Assembly: GCA_965651205.1 (NCBI GenBank)
Contig: CBFGRM010000001.1
Coordinates: 76,475 to 140,474 of the forward strand
From: an uncultured bacterium
GTDB taxonomy: Bacteria > Gemmatimonadota > Gemmatimonadetes > Gemmatimonadales > GWC2-71-9
Direction of reading: 5' to 3'
Length of the DNA: 64,000 nucleotides
Under the pieces are notes generated by a model, which was given only the letters and a program-made list of their open reading frames with translations, had not been told where the DNA came from and did no database searches. Made by a program: the position numbers and the translations under genes. Shown piece by piece: positions 20,931 through 29,962 of this stretch. Position 1 is the first letter of the stretch, and each line of letters begins with the position of its first letter.

Positions 20931-22156
20931 CTCCGGAACTCAAGGGGTTCCTGTTTTTCAGCGTGATCCGCCTGCTGGCGATCTTCACCGCGTTGCTGGT
21001 CGGCGTGGCGATGCTCACGCTGGTCGAACGGAAGCTTGCCGGTTGGTTCCAGAACCGTCCGGGGCCGAACCGTGTCGGCCCGTGGGGACTGCTGCAGCCC
21101 GCCGCCGACGGCCTCAAGAACATCCTCAAGGAAGAAACCAGGCCGGCGGGGGCCAATCAGACGATGTTCGTGCTGGCACCAGCACTGTCCTTCACCCCGG
21201 CGCTGATGCTGCTGGCCGTCATTCCGCTGGCAGCACCATTGCCAGTCGCGATCGACTGGAACCTGCCCCTGATCGGCCGGATCGTCTACGACGGATTGAT
21301 GCCTATCAGCATCGCCGAGTTGCCGATCGGCTTCCTGTTCGTGCTGGCGCTGTCGTCGATGGGTGTCTACGGCGTCGCCATCGCCGGCTGGTCGTCCAAC
21401 AGCAAGTATTCGCTGCTGGGCGGGCTCAGGGCCAGTGCCCAGATGGTGTCGTACGAGGTGGCGCTGGGTCTCTCGCTGATCCCGGTGTTGCTGATCACCG
21501 GCAACGTCGGCTTCGCGGAGATCATCCAGCGGCAGCAGGAGGGGCTCTGGTTCGTGGGGCCGCTGTTCCTCTCGTGCTTCCTCTTCGTGGTTTCCGGTTT
21601 CGCCGAGACCAACCGGTTGCCCTTCGACCTGCCCGAGGCGGAGTCCGAGCTGGTGGCCGGCTACCATTCCGAATACAGCGCGATGAAGTTCTCGATGTTC
21701 TACATCGCGGAGTATGCCCACATCATCACGGTTGCGGCGATGATCGCGTCGCTGTTCTTCGGCGGCTGGGACATTCCGTTCACCACCTGGGACGAACAGG
21801 GCGGCGTGCTGCAGACCATCGCCACCCACCTGATGTTCTTCGTGAAGATGTTCTTCTGGATCTTCGTCGTGATCTGGATCCGCTGGACGCTGCCGCGCTT
21901 CCGCTACGACCAGTTGATGGCGCTGGGCTGGAAGGTGATGTTGCCGGTGGCGCTGGCCTACGTGATGCTGATGGCGATCGCGCTGTGGGCGCTCGACTTC
22001 CTGATGCCCCTGGCCACGCCGCTGGTGCAGGCACTGGTGCTGACTGTGTTCAATCTCGGACTGGCCGCGGCGTTCTTCCTGGTGCTCGACCGCGGGCGCG
22101 TGATGCAGGGCGCCAGCTCGCGACGGATGTCTCCCACCGTTCAATCGGAGGGCTGA
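20927..22156 (+). CDS. nuoH: NADH-quinone oxidoreductase subunit H
   Basis: Polytopic; ERKLAGWFQNRPGPNRVGPWGLLQP, PFDLPEAESELVAGYHSEYSAMKFSMFYIAEY. Confidence 0.93.
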   Translation: MTPELKGFLFFSVIRLLAIFTALLVGVAMLTLVERKLAGWFQNRPGPNRVGPWGLLQPAADGLKNILKEETRPAGANQTMFVLAPALSFTPALMLLAVIPLAAPLPVAIDWNLPLIGRIVYDGLMPISIAELPIGFLFVLALSSMGVYGVAIAGWSSNSKYSLLGGLRASAQMVSYEVALGLSLIPVLLITGNVGFAEIIQRQQEGLWFVGPLFLSCFLFVVSGFAETNRLPFDLPEAESELVAGYHSEYSAMKFSMFYIAEYAHIITVAAMIASLFFGGWDIPFTTWDEQGGVLQTIATHLMFFVKMFFWIFVVIWIRWTLPRFRYDQLMALGWKVMLPVALAYVMLMAIALWALDFLMPLATPLVQALVLTVFNLGLAAAFFLVLDRGRVMQGASSRRMSPTVQSEG

Positions 22157-22157
22157 G

Positions 22158-22664
22158 GTGGCGATCGGAGTGAAGGTTCTGCCGAGGCCGGAGCAGGGTG
22201 TCTCCTACGTGCGCGCAACCCTCAAGGGGATGGCGCTGACGTTCCGGCACCTGTTCCAGCCCAGGCACACGATGGAATACCCGGAACAACGGAGCACCGA
22301 CGACTGGCGGCTCTCGACCCGCTGGCGCGGCACCCACCGGATGCTCACCGACGAGCAGGGTCGCTCCAAGTGCGTCGCCTGCGGGCTGTGTCCGCAGATC
22401 TGCCCGGCGAACTGCATCAAGCTGGTGCCCGGCGAGGACGAGCGCGGCAACCGCTTCCCGCTGATCTACGAGATCGACGAATTCCGCTGCGTTTTCTGCG
22501 GCTACTGCCAGGAAGTGTGCCCCGAGGAGGCGATCCACGTGGGGGTGCATTTCGAGAACGCCGAGTACTCCCGCAACCGGTTCGTTTACGACCACGAGCG
22601 ACTCACCTCCCAGACGCATCCGGTGTCGACGCTCTGGGACCCCGCCGACCCCAAGGGCGAGTGA
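22158..22664 (+). CDS. nuoI: NADH-quinone oxidoreductase subunit I
   Basis: Two ferredoxin motifs: CVACGLCPQICP and CVFCGYCQEVCP. Confidence 0.93.
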   Translation: MAIGVKVLPRPEQGVSYVRATLKGMALTFRHLFQPRHTMEYPEQRSTDDWRLSTRWRGTHRMLTDEQGRSKCVACGLCPQICPANCIKLVPGEDERGNRFPLIYEIDEFRCVFCGYCQEVCPEEAIHVGVHFENAEYSRNRFVYDHERLTSQTHPVSTLWDPADPKGE

Positions 22665-23225
22665 ATGGACGCCGTGACGGTGGTGTTCTGGCTGTTCTCG
22701 GGGCTGGCGATCATCGCGGCCCTGCTCACGGTGACCAGGGTCAACCCGATCGCATCGGTGATGTGGCTGGTCACGACTATGTTCGCGATCGCGGGGATGT
22801 TCGTGCTGCTCGACGCACAGTTCCTCGCCGCGATACAGGTGATCGTGTACGCCGGCGCGGTGATGGTGCTGTTCCTCTTCGCCGTGATGCTGCTCAACCT
22901 CGACGGCACTCCGCGCGAGTGGCGCCGGTGGCCGCTCTGGTTGCTGGCCACCGGCGTCACCGGGGTTATGGGGGCGCAGTTGCTGGTCATCGGCCGCTAC
23001 GACCAGCAGCGCCTCGCCGATGAGTTCTCCAATATGCCATCGCCCGATCCGGCGCTGGTGTTCCCCGACGGCGCAGCGATGAACGCCGCGGTGGTGGAAC
23101 ACGGCGTGGTCGGTGGAGTCGCGCGGCCGTTGTTCGAGGCCTACCTGGTTCCATTCGAAATCACCTCGGTGCTGCTGCTGGTGGCAGTGATCGGGGCGGT
23201 CGTTCTCGCCAAGAAGAGGATCTGA
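22665..23225 (+). CDS. nuoJ: NADH-quinone oxidoreductase subunit J
   Basis: 186 aa, ND6-like; AIQVIVYAGAVMVLFLFAVMLL. Confidence 0.88.
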   Translation: MDAVTVVFWLFSGLAIIAALLTVTRVNPIASVMWLVTTMFAIAGMFVLLDAQFLAAIQVIVYAGAVMVLFLFAVMLLNLDGTPREWRRWPLWLLATGVTGVMGAQLLVIGRYDQQRLADEFSNMPSPDPALVFPDGAAMNAAVVEHGVVGGVARPLFEAYLVPFEITSVLLLVAVIGAVVLAKKRI

Positions 23226-23522
23226 ATGCTGCTGGGCCCAACCCTCACGGTCTCGGCAATCCTGTTCGCCATCGGTGTGGCTGGCGTGCTGATTCGCCGT
23301 AACGCGATCGTGGTGCTGATGTGCGTCGAGTTGATGCTCAACGCGGTCAACCTCACGTTCGTGGCGCTGGCCCAGGTCCACGGCGTGGGCGGCCAACTGA
23401 TGGTGTTCTTCGTGATGACAGTGGCGGCTGCCGAGGCGGCAGTCGGACTGGCCATCATCCTGGCGATCTTCCGGCATACCCAGTCGGTGGATCTCAAGTC
23501 GATCAACCTCCTCAAGGGCTGA
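23226..23522 (+). CDS. nuoK: NADH-quinone oxidoreductase subunit K
   Basis: 98 aa, 3 TM helices; [13 protein letters not shown]...[13 protein letters not shown]. Confidence 0.92.
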   Translation: MLLGPTLTVSAILFAIGVAGVLIRRNAIVVLMCVELMLNAVNLTFVALAQVHGVGGQLMVFFVMTVAAAEAAVGLAIILAIFRHTQSVDLKSINLLKG

Positions 23523-23527
23523 GCAGC

Positions 23528-25507
23528 GTGGCATCCTGGGCCTGGCTCACCATCGCATTTCCGCTGCTCGGCGGCCTGGTCAACGGCGGCCTGGCTCTCA
23601 CGCGCTCGACCAACAAGCGGTTGGTCACACTGGTCGGCCCCGGCGTGATGCTGGCTGCCTTCGCCGTCGCGGTCGGCGTGTTCATCGATGTCCACTCCAC
23701 CGGGCAGGCAACGCGGATCGTGCTCTGGAGCTGGATGCCGGTGACCGATCGCCTCGACGTCGAGATGGCACTGCTGATCGACCAGCTCTCCACCGTGATG
23801 CTGCTGGTGGTCACCGGCGTCGGCGCACTGATCCACATCTTCTCGGTCGGCTATATGAAAGCCGACCCCGGCTATGCCCGCTACTTCAGCTACCTCAACC
23901 TGTTCGTAGTGGGAATGCTCGTGCTGGTGCTCGGGTCGTCGCTGCCGGTCACCTACATCGGTTGGGAGGCGGTGGGCCTCTGCTCGTACCTGCTGATCGG
24001 GTTCTGGTTCGAGGTCAACAGCAACTCGTCGGCGGGCTTCAAGGCATTCCTGATGAACCGCATCGGCGACTTCGGCGTGATGATCGCGATGCTGCTGATC
24101 TGGTGGAGCCTCGGCACCCTGGAGTACACCGGCATTGCCGCGCTGGCCGCGGCATCCATCCCCTACGGCAGTGCCACGGCACTGGCGATCGCGCTGCTGC
24201 TGTTCCTGGGCTGCACCGGCAAGAGCGCCCAGATTCCCCTCTACACCTGGCTTCCGGACGCGATGGCCGGCCCCACGCCCGTCTCCGCGCTGATCCACGC
24301 GGCGACGATGGTCACCGCCGGCATCTTCGTGGTGGTCAGGACCGGGGTGCTCTTCACGCTGGCACCGCTGGCGATGGAGATTGTGGCGATCACCGGCGCG
24401 GTCACCGCCTTCTTTGCGGCGACAATCGCTCTCAAGCAGAACGACATCAAGAAGGTGCTCGCCTACTCAACCGTGTCGCAGCTCGGCTATATGTTCCTGG
24501 CCGTCGGAAGCGGGGCCTGGACTGCCGGCATTTTCCACCTGGTCACCCACGCATTCTTCAAGGCGCTGCTGTTCCTCGGCGCGGGCTCGGTGATTCACGC
24601 GATGCACGAGGCGCTGCATCACACCGGCCGACACGACGACGCCCAGGATATGCGCAATATGGGCGGCCTCAGGCACCGGATGCCGTGGACCTTTGCCCTG
24701 ATGGGGATCGCCACCCTGGCGATCGCCGGAATCCCGCCGCTGGCAGGGTTCTTCTCCAAGGACGAGATCCTGGCCCTGGCCTTCGTGCGGGGACAGGGCA
24801 GTGGCTTGTACCTGTTCGCCTGGGGCCTGGGCCTGGCTGCGGCGCTGATGACGGCATTCTATATGGCACGACTGATGACCCTCACCTTCCTGGGTGAGTT
24901 CCGCGGCGGCAGCGACGTCGAGGAACACATCCACGAGGCCCCCGCCGTGATGACCGTGCCGCTCACCGTGCTCGGCGGGCTGACGGTGGCCGGTGGCCTG
25001 ATCAACCTGCCCTCCTTCGTGGGCGGCAATCACTGGCTCGACCACTGGCTCGAGCCGGTACTGGCGCCGATGGCCCTGCTGCTCGAACCGCTGCATCCGC
25101 CGAGCGGCAACACCGAACTGCTGCTGGTGGCCGGTGCCGTCGCAATCGCCGTGATCGGACTGACGCTCGGGTTCCTTGCCAGCAGCCGGCGCGAGATTCC
25201 GACCCCTGCCAACGCCCCCCAAGCAACCGGCTTCGCAAGGGTGCTCGCCAACAAGTACTACGTCGATGAGATCTACCAGCGCGCAATCGTCAATCCCACG
25301 GTGTGGTTCTCGCGCGTGGTGCTGTGGCGAGGACTGGATGCCGGACTGATTGACCGGTTGTTCGTCGGTGGAACCGCCCGGCTCGCCAAGGGCCTCGGCT
25401 GGGCCGGCTCGCAACTCCAGAACGGCCAGGTGGCCTTCTACGTCACCATCTTCACGATCGGGGTGGTGCTGGTGCTCCGGGCGGTGATGACAGGAGGCCT
25501 GCCGTGA
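23528..25507 (+). CDS. nuoL: NADH-quinone oxidoreductase subunit L
   Basis: Antiporter-like; WLPDAMAGPTPVSALIHAATMVTAG; C-terminal lateral-helix region. GTG 23528 chosen; the track ORF from 23321 overlays nuoK. Confidence 0.92.
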   Translation: MASWAWLTIAFPLLGGLVNGGLALTRSTNKRLVTLVGPGVMLAAFAVAVGVFIDVHSTGQATRIVLWSWMPVTDRLDVEMALLIDQLSTVMLLVVTGVGALIHIFSVGYMKADPGYARYFSYLNLFVVGMLVLVLGSSLPVTYIGWEAVGLCSYLLIGFWFEVNSNSSAGFKAFLMNRIGDFGVMIAMLLIWWSLGTLEYTGIAALAAASIPYGSATALAIALLLFLGCTGKSAQIPLYTWLPDAMAGPTPVSALIHAATMVTAGIFVVVRTGVLFTLAPLAMEIVAITGAVTAFFAATIALKQNDIKKVLAYSTVSQLGYMFLAVGSGAWTAGIFHLVTHAFFKALLFLGAGSVIHAMHEALHHTGRHDDAQDMRNMGGLRHRMPWTFALMGIATLAIAGIPPLAGFFSKDEILALAFVRGQGSGLYLFAWGLGLAAALMTAFYMARLMTLTFLGEFRGGSDVEEHIHEAPAVMTVPLTVLGGLTVAGGLINLPSFVGGNHWLDHWLEPVLAPMALLLEPLHPPSGNTELLLVAGAVAIAVIGLTLGFLASSRREIPTPANAPQATGFARVLANKYYVDEIYQRAIVNPTVWFSRVVLWRGLDAGLIDRLFVGGTARLAKGLGWAGSQLQNGQVAFYVTIFTIGVVLVLRAVMTGGLP

Positions 25508-27072
25508 ACGCCTTCCTGGATTCCATCGGCTACGACGGCTGGATTCTCCACGTCCTGCTGCTGCTGCCCCTGTTCGCGATGCCGCTGGTGCTGTTCTTCA
25601 AGGTGCACCACGCCCGCTGGATCGCGCTCGCCGTCGCGATCATCGAGGCGGTGCTCGGCATCGGCTTGTGGTGGGCGTTCGATCCGGCGAACCCGGGAAT
25701 GCAGTTCGTCACCGATGTCTCCTGGCTGGGCAGCTACGGCATCGGCTACCGGGTGGGCATCGATGGCATATCGGTGATGCTGGTGCTGCTGTCGGTGGTG
25801 ATGATGCCGCTGGTGGTGTGGGGAAGCTGGCGCGGCATCGACACCAAGCAGCGAGGCTATTACGCACTGCTGATGGCCCTCAACACCGGGATGCTCGGTG
25901 TCTTCGTCTCGCTGGACCTGTTCCTGTTCTACATCTTCTGGGAACTGCTGCTGATCCCGATGTACTTCCTGATCGGCATCTGGGGCAGCCACAACCGGAT
26001 CTACGCGGCGACCAAGTTCGTCATCTACACCTTCGTCGGCTCGCTGCTGATGCTGGTCGCGATAATCTGGATGGTGATAATGGTGGGGCAGGCGACCGGC
26101 GAGTACTCGTTCGCCTACTCGCACCTGCTCGCCAACGCCTCTGCTATCGGCCCCTGGGCGGGCTGGATGTTCGTCGCCTTCGCGCTGGCATTTGCGGTCA
26201 AGGTGCCGCTGTTCCCGTTCCACACCTGGCTGCCCGATGCCCACACCGAGGCGCCCACGGCGGGTTCGGTGGACCTCGCCGTGATCCTGCTGAAGATGGG
26301 CACTTACGGGTTCCTGCGCTTCGCGATCCCGTTCTTCCCGACCTTCGCGCTGTCGGAAACGGTCGGCAACGTGATGGCCGCGCTGGCTGTCACCGGCATC
26401 GTGTACTCGTCACTGGTGGCAATGGTCCAGCCTGATCTCAAGCGACTGGTGGCGTATTCGTCAGTGTCACACCTCGGCTTCGTGATGCTCGGCATCTGGG
26501 GAAGCACGGTCGAGAGCGTGCAAGGTGCCATCCTGGTGATGGTGTCGCACGGCCTGTCGACCGGGGCGCTGTTCTTCCTGATCGGCTTCCTGTACGAACG
26601 TCGCCACACCCGGATGATCACCGACTTCGGCGGCCTGGCACGCGTCGCTCCGCTCCTGTCGACGGCGTTCGTGATCACGGCATTCTCGTCGATCGGGCTG
26701 CCGGGCCTCAACGGCTTCGTGGGCGAGTTCCTGGTGTTCGTCGGGTCGTTCGGCCGCTATCCGGTGCTGGTCGCCATCGGCGCCACGGTGCTGATCTTCT
26801 CTGCTGCTTACCTGCTGTGGGCCACCCAGCGGGTGATCTTCAACCGCCTGACCAATCCGCTCAACGAGGGTATCGCCGACCTCACCCGACGCGAGATTGC
26901 GGTGCTCGGACCCCTGATCGTGGCAATGTTCTGGATCGGCCTCTATCCCGGCCCGATTCTGCGGCGCACCGAGAGCGCGGCCCGGGCATATGTGGAGATG
27001 ATCGACCGTCACTTGCCACCGTCGCGTGCCCTGCCGCCGACAATCACCAGCAATGCGAGGGTCCTGCCGTGA
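25504..27072 (+). CDS. nuoM: NADH-quinone oxidoreductase subunit M
   Basis: Antiporter-like; FPFHTWLPDAHTEAPTAGSV. Confidence 0.92.
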   Translation: MNAFLDSIGYDGWILHVLLLLPLFAMPLVLFFKVHHARWIALAVAIIEAVLGIGLWWAFDPANPGMQFVTDVSWLGSYGIGYRVGIDGISVMLVLLSVVMMPLVVWGSWRGIDTKQRGYYALLMALNTGMLGVFVSLDLFLFYIFWELLLIPMYFLIGIWGSHNRIYAATKFVIYTFVGSLLMLVAIIWMVIMVGQATGEYSFAYSHLLANASAIGPWAGWMFVAFALAFAVKVPLFPFHTWLPDAHTEAPTAGSVDLAVILLKMGTYGFLRFAIPFFPTFALSETVGNVMAALAVTGIVYSSLVAMVQPDLKRLVAYSSVSHLGFVMLGIWGSTVESVQGAILVMVSHGLSTGALFFLIGFLYERRHTRMITDFGGLARVAPLLSTAFVITAFSSIGLPGLNGFVGEFLVFVGSFGRYPVLVAIGATVLIFSAAYLLWATQRVIFNRLTNPLNEGIADLTRREIAVLGPLIVAMFWIGLYPGPILRRTESAARAYVEMIDRHLPPSRALPPTITSNARVLP

Positions 27073-28571
27073 TGCTGATCGATATGGCAACCCCGGGTGG
27101 CGTGTTCCAGGCGCTGCTTCCAGAGGTGGTGCTGACCGGCTGGGCGCTGGTGGTCCTTCTCTACGTGGCGTGGAATCACGGCACCGCGCGCGATTCACGA
27201 AACACCGGCACGCTGTCGCTGGTCGGCTACGCCCTGGCGGCGCTGGCCACCGGTTGGCTTGCAGTGGAGGGTGCGCGGGCCGACGGACTGCCGCAGATGA
27301 TCGCGCTCGACGGCTTCCGGTTTGCCTCCAACGCACTGCTGCTCACGATCGGACTCGGTACGACGATACTTTCGCTGCGCTGGCTCGAACGGCAGGGAAT
27401 CCTGGCGCCCGAGTACTACGCGCTGCTGATGCTGGCCACTGTCGGGATGATGCTGCTGGCCGGTTCTGCCGACTTCATCACGCTGTTCCTCGGGCTGGAA
27501 GTGATGTCGCTGGCGGTGTACATCCTGGCCGGGTATGATCGCACCCGCCGCGCCCCCGCCGAGGCCGCACTCAAGTACTTCCTGATCGGGGCATTCGCGA
27601 GCGGCTTCCTGCTCTACGGCATTGCGCTCATCTACGGCGCCACCGGCCAGTTCAACTTTGCCCTGGTGGGTGCACAGCTCACTGCCACCGAACCGACGAC
27701 TATGGCCAAGGCCGGCCTGGCCCTGCTGCTGGTGGGTTTCGGCTTCAAGGTGGCCGTCGTGCCATTCCACGCCTGGGCACCCGATGTGTATGAAGGTGCA
27801 CCGACACCGGTCACCGCATTTATGGCTGCCGGCGTGAAGGCCGCGGCATTTCTCGCCCTGGCACGAGTGCTGGCGGAGGTCTTCCCGTCGTACGTGGACA
27901 TCTGGCGACCGGTCATAGCCGGCCTCGCCATCGCCACGATGGTGATCGGCAACCTCGTAGCGCTGGTGCAGCAGTCGATGAAGCGGATGCTGGCATACTC
28001 CGCCGTGGCACACGCCGGTTACCTGGGACTGGCACTGTGGGCTCACTCGGATCTCGGGACGGCAGCGGTGCTGGTCTACCTGCTGACATACTCCATCGCC
28101 ACCGTGGCGGCGTTCGGGATCATTGCCTCGATCGAGCGCGCCGGTGCGCGCACGGTGTTGCTCGCCGATCTCGAGGGCCTGTTCAGTGTGCGTCCGTTCG
28201 CGGCGCTGGGGATGACGGTGTGTATGCTCTCGCTGCTCGGATTTCCGGGAACCTTCGGGTTCATCGGCAAGTGGTACCTGATCTCCGCCCCGATCGCGGA
28301 GGGTGAGTGGCTGCTGCCCGTCGTGGCGGTGCTCACTTCGGGCATCTCGATCGGCTACTACCTTCCGGTGGTGCTGGCGATGACGCTCAAGCCCACCCGG
28401 ACCCGACAGGCCCACCAGACGATCCGGTTCCCGGCACCGGCCAAGCTGGCAGTCGCCATCTGCGTCGCCGCGCTGCTGGTCCTCGGCATCTGGCCCCGGA
28501 CCGTACTCGACTTTGCGACGCAGGAGGCGGTGCAGCTCCGCCACCAGGCGTTGCCCGTCCTGACCCGCTGA
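27072..28571 (+). CDS. nuoN: NADH-quinone oxidoreductase subunit N
   Basis: Antiporter-like; VPFHAWAPDVYEGAPTPVTAFMAAG. ATG 27072 overlaps the nuoM TGA. Confidence 0.9.
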   Translation: MLIDMATPGGVFQALLPEVVLTGWALVVLLYVAWNHGTARDSRNTGTLSLVGYALAALATGWLAVEGARADGLPQMIALDGFRFASNALLLTIGLGTTILSLRWLERQGILAPEYYALLMLATVGMMLLAGSADFITLFLGLEVMSLAVYILAGYDRTRRAPAEAALKYFLIGAFASGFLLYGIALIYGATGQFNFALVGAQLTATEPTTMAKAGLALLLVGFGFKVAVVPFHAWAPDVYEGAPTPVTAFMAAGVKAAAFLALARVLAEVFPSYVDIWRPVIAGLAIATMVIGNLVALVQQSMKRMLAYSAVAHAGYLGLALWAHSDLGTAAVLVYLLTYSIATVAAFGIIASIERAGARTVLLADLEGLFSVRPFAALGMTVCMLSLLGFPGTFGFIGKWYLISAPIAEGEWLLPVVAVLTSGISIGYYLPVVLAMTLKPTRTRQAHQTIRFPAPAKLAVAICVAALLVLGIWPRTVLDFATQEAVQLRHQALPVLTR

Positions 28572-28587
28572 TCCGCCAGGGGGCCGT

Positions 28588-29958
28588 GTGCAGGTGCCAC
28601 GTTCGATCTTCCGCGAGTACGATGTCCGCGGCCTGGTGGACTCGCAACTCACCCCCGCACTAGCCGAAGCGATCGGTCGCGGTGTCGCGACCATCGGAGC
28701 CCGGCGACTGGGACACCCGGTCACGCTCGCGGTGGGTCGTGACAACCGACCCAGCGGGGCGGCGCTCGCAGCCGGCGTGCGCCGCGGCATCGTTGCTGCC
28801 GGTGGCACCGCCATCGACGTGGCAGAGCTGCCCACGCCTGCGCTCTATTTCGCAGTCGAGGCGCTCGCCACCGACGGCGGCATCCAGGTAACGGGTTCCC
28901 ACAACCCACCCGAATTCAATGGCTTCAAGATGGTGCTGGGTGGTGGCTCGCTCCACGGCGAGGAGATTCAGGAGCTGTACCAGATGATCACCCTGGAACA
29001 GTTCGACAGCGGTGATGGCCGCGAGGCCAGCGACGCATCGGTACTGGGACGCTACCGCGATGCGATCGTGTCTCGCCACCGGCTCGAGCGCCCGGTCAAG
29101 GTGGTGGTGGACTGCGGCAACGGCGTCGGTGCGCTGATCGCTATCAGCACGCTGGAAGCCTTGGGTGCCGATGTCATCCCGCTGTTCGCAGAGAGCGACG
29201 GCACGTTCCCCAACCATCATCCCGACCCCACAGTGCTGGAGAATCTCGTCGACCTTCAGCAGGCGGTGCGACGAGTCGGGGCCGAGCTCGGGATCGCATT
29301 CGACGGCGACGCGGACCGGATCGGGGCGGTGGATGAACAGGCACGTCCGGTGTTCGGTGACCAATTGCTGATCCTCTACGGACGCGACGCAGTCCGCAGG
29401 TTTGGCGCCGGGATCCCGGTGATCTTCGACGTCAAGTGTTCCGACGTGCTTCCCGCCGAACTGGAGCGTGCCGGTGCTCGCCCGGTGATGTGGAAGACCG
29501 GCCACTCGCTTATCAAGGCCAAGATGCACGAGGAAGGGGCACCGCTGGCCGGCGAGATGAGCGGCCATATGTTCTTCGGCGGCGACTGGTTCGGTTTTGA
29601 CGACGCACTCTTCGGCGCGGCGCGCCTGCTCGAGATCGTTTCGCGACAAGGGCCTGGCCTGTCGCGTCACCTTGCAGGGCTGCCGGAGAGTCACACTACC
29701 CCCGAACTGCGAGTGCCCTGTGATGAGGAGCGCAAGTTCGCGATCGTTGCGGAGGCTGCCGCCGAGTTCGGTTCCAGGTATCCGGTCATTACGATCGATG
29801 GCGTGCGGATCTCCTGGCCCGACGGCTGGGGACTGCTGCGGGCGTCGAACACTCAGGCGGTCCTGGTGATGCGGTTCGAAGCCACCACCGCTGCCGGTCG
29901 CGACGCGCACCAGGCCGAGGTGATGACCTGGCTTGCCGACCGGGGCGTGAAGGTCTGA
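28588..29958 (+). CDS. Phosphomannomutase / phosphoglucomutase (alpha-D-phosphohexomutase family)
   Basis: FREYDVRG, active-site loop VTGSHNPPEFNGFK, metal loop FDGDADR, GEMSGHMFF. Confidence 0.88.
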   Translation: MQVPRSIFREYDVRGLVDSQLTPALAEAIGRGVATIGARRLGHPVTLAVGRDNRPSGAALAAGVRRGIVAAGGTAIDVAELPTPALYFAVEALATDGGIQVTGSHNPPEFNGFKMVLGGGSLHGEEIQELYQMITLEQFDSGDGREASDASVLGRYRDAIVSRHRLERPVKVVVDCGNGVGALIAISTLEALGADVIPLFAESDGTFPNHHPDPTVLENLVDLQQAVRRVGAELGIAFDGDADRIGAVDEQARPVFGDQLLILYGRDAVRRFGAGIPVIFDVKCSDVLPAELERAGARPVMWKTGHSLIKAKMHEEGAPLAGEMSGHMFFGGDWFGFDDALFGAARLLEIVSRQGPGLSRHLAGLPESHTTPELRVPCDEERKFAIVAEAAAEFGSRYPVITIDGVRISWPDGWGLLRASNTQAVLVMRFEATTAAGRDAHQAEVMTWLADRGVKV

Positions 29959-29962
29959 ATCG

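Noticed and set aside
20867-23534. Long minus-strand ORFs (425 aa and 494 aa) and a 424-aa alternative + frame ORF (20899..22173)
   Set aside because: They overlap nuoH, nuoI, nuoJ and nuoK. Their products are extremely His/Arg/Asp/Gln-rich, the mirror image of Leu/Val/Ala-rich membrane proteins. The nuo frames carry the canonical motifs.
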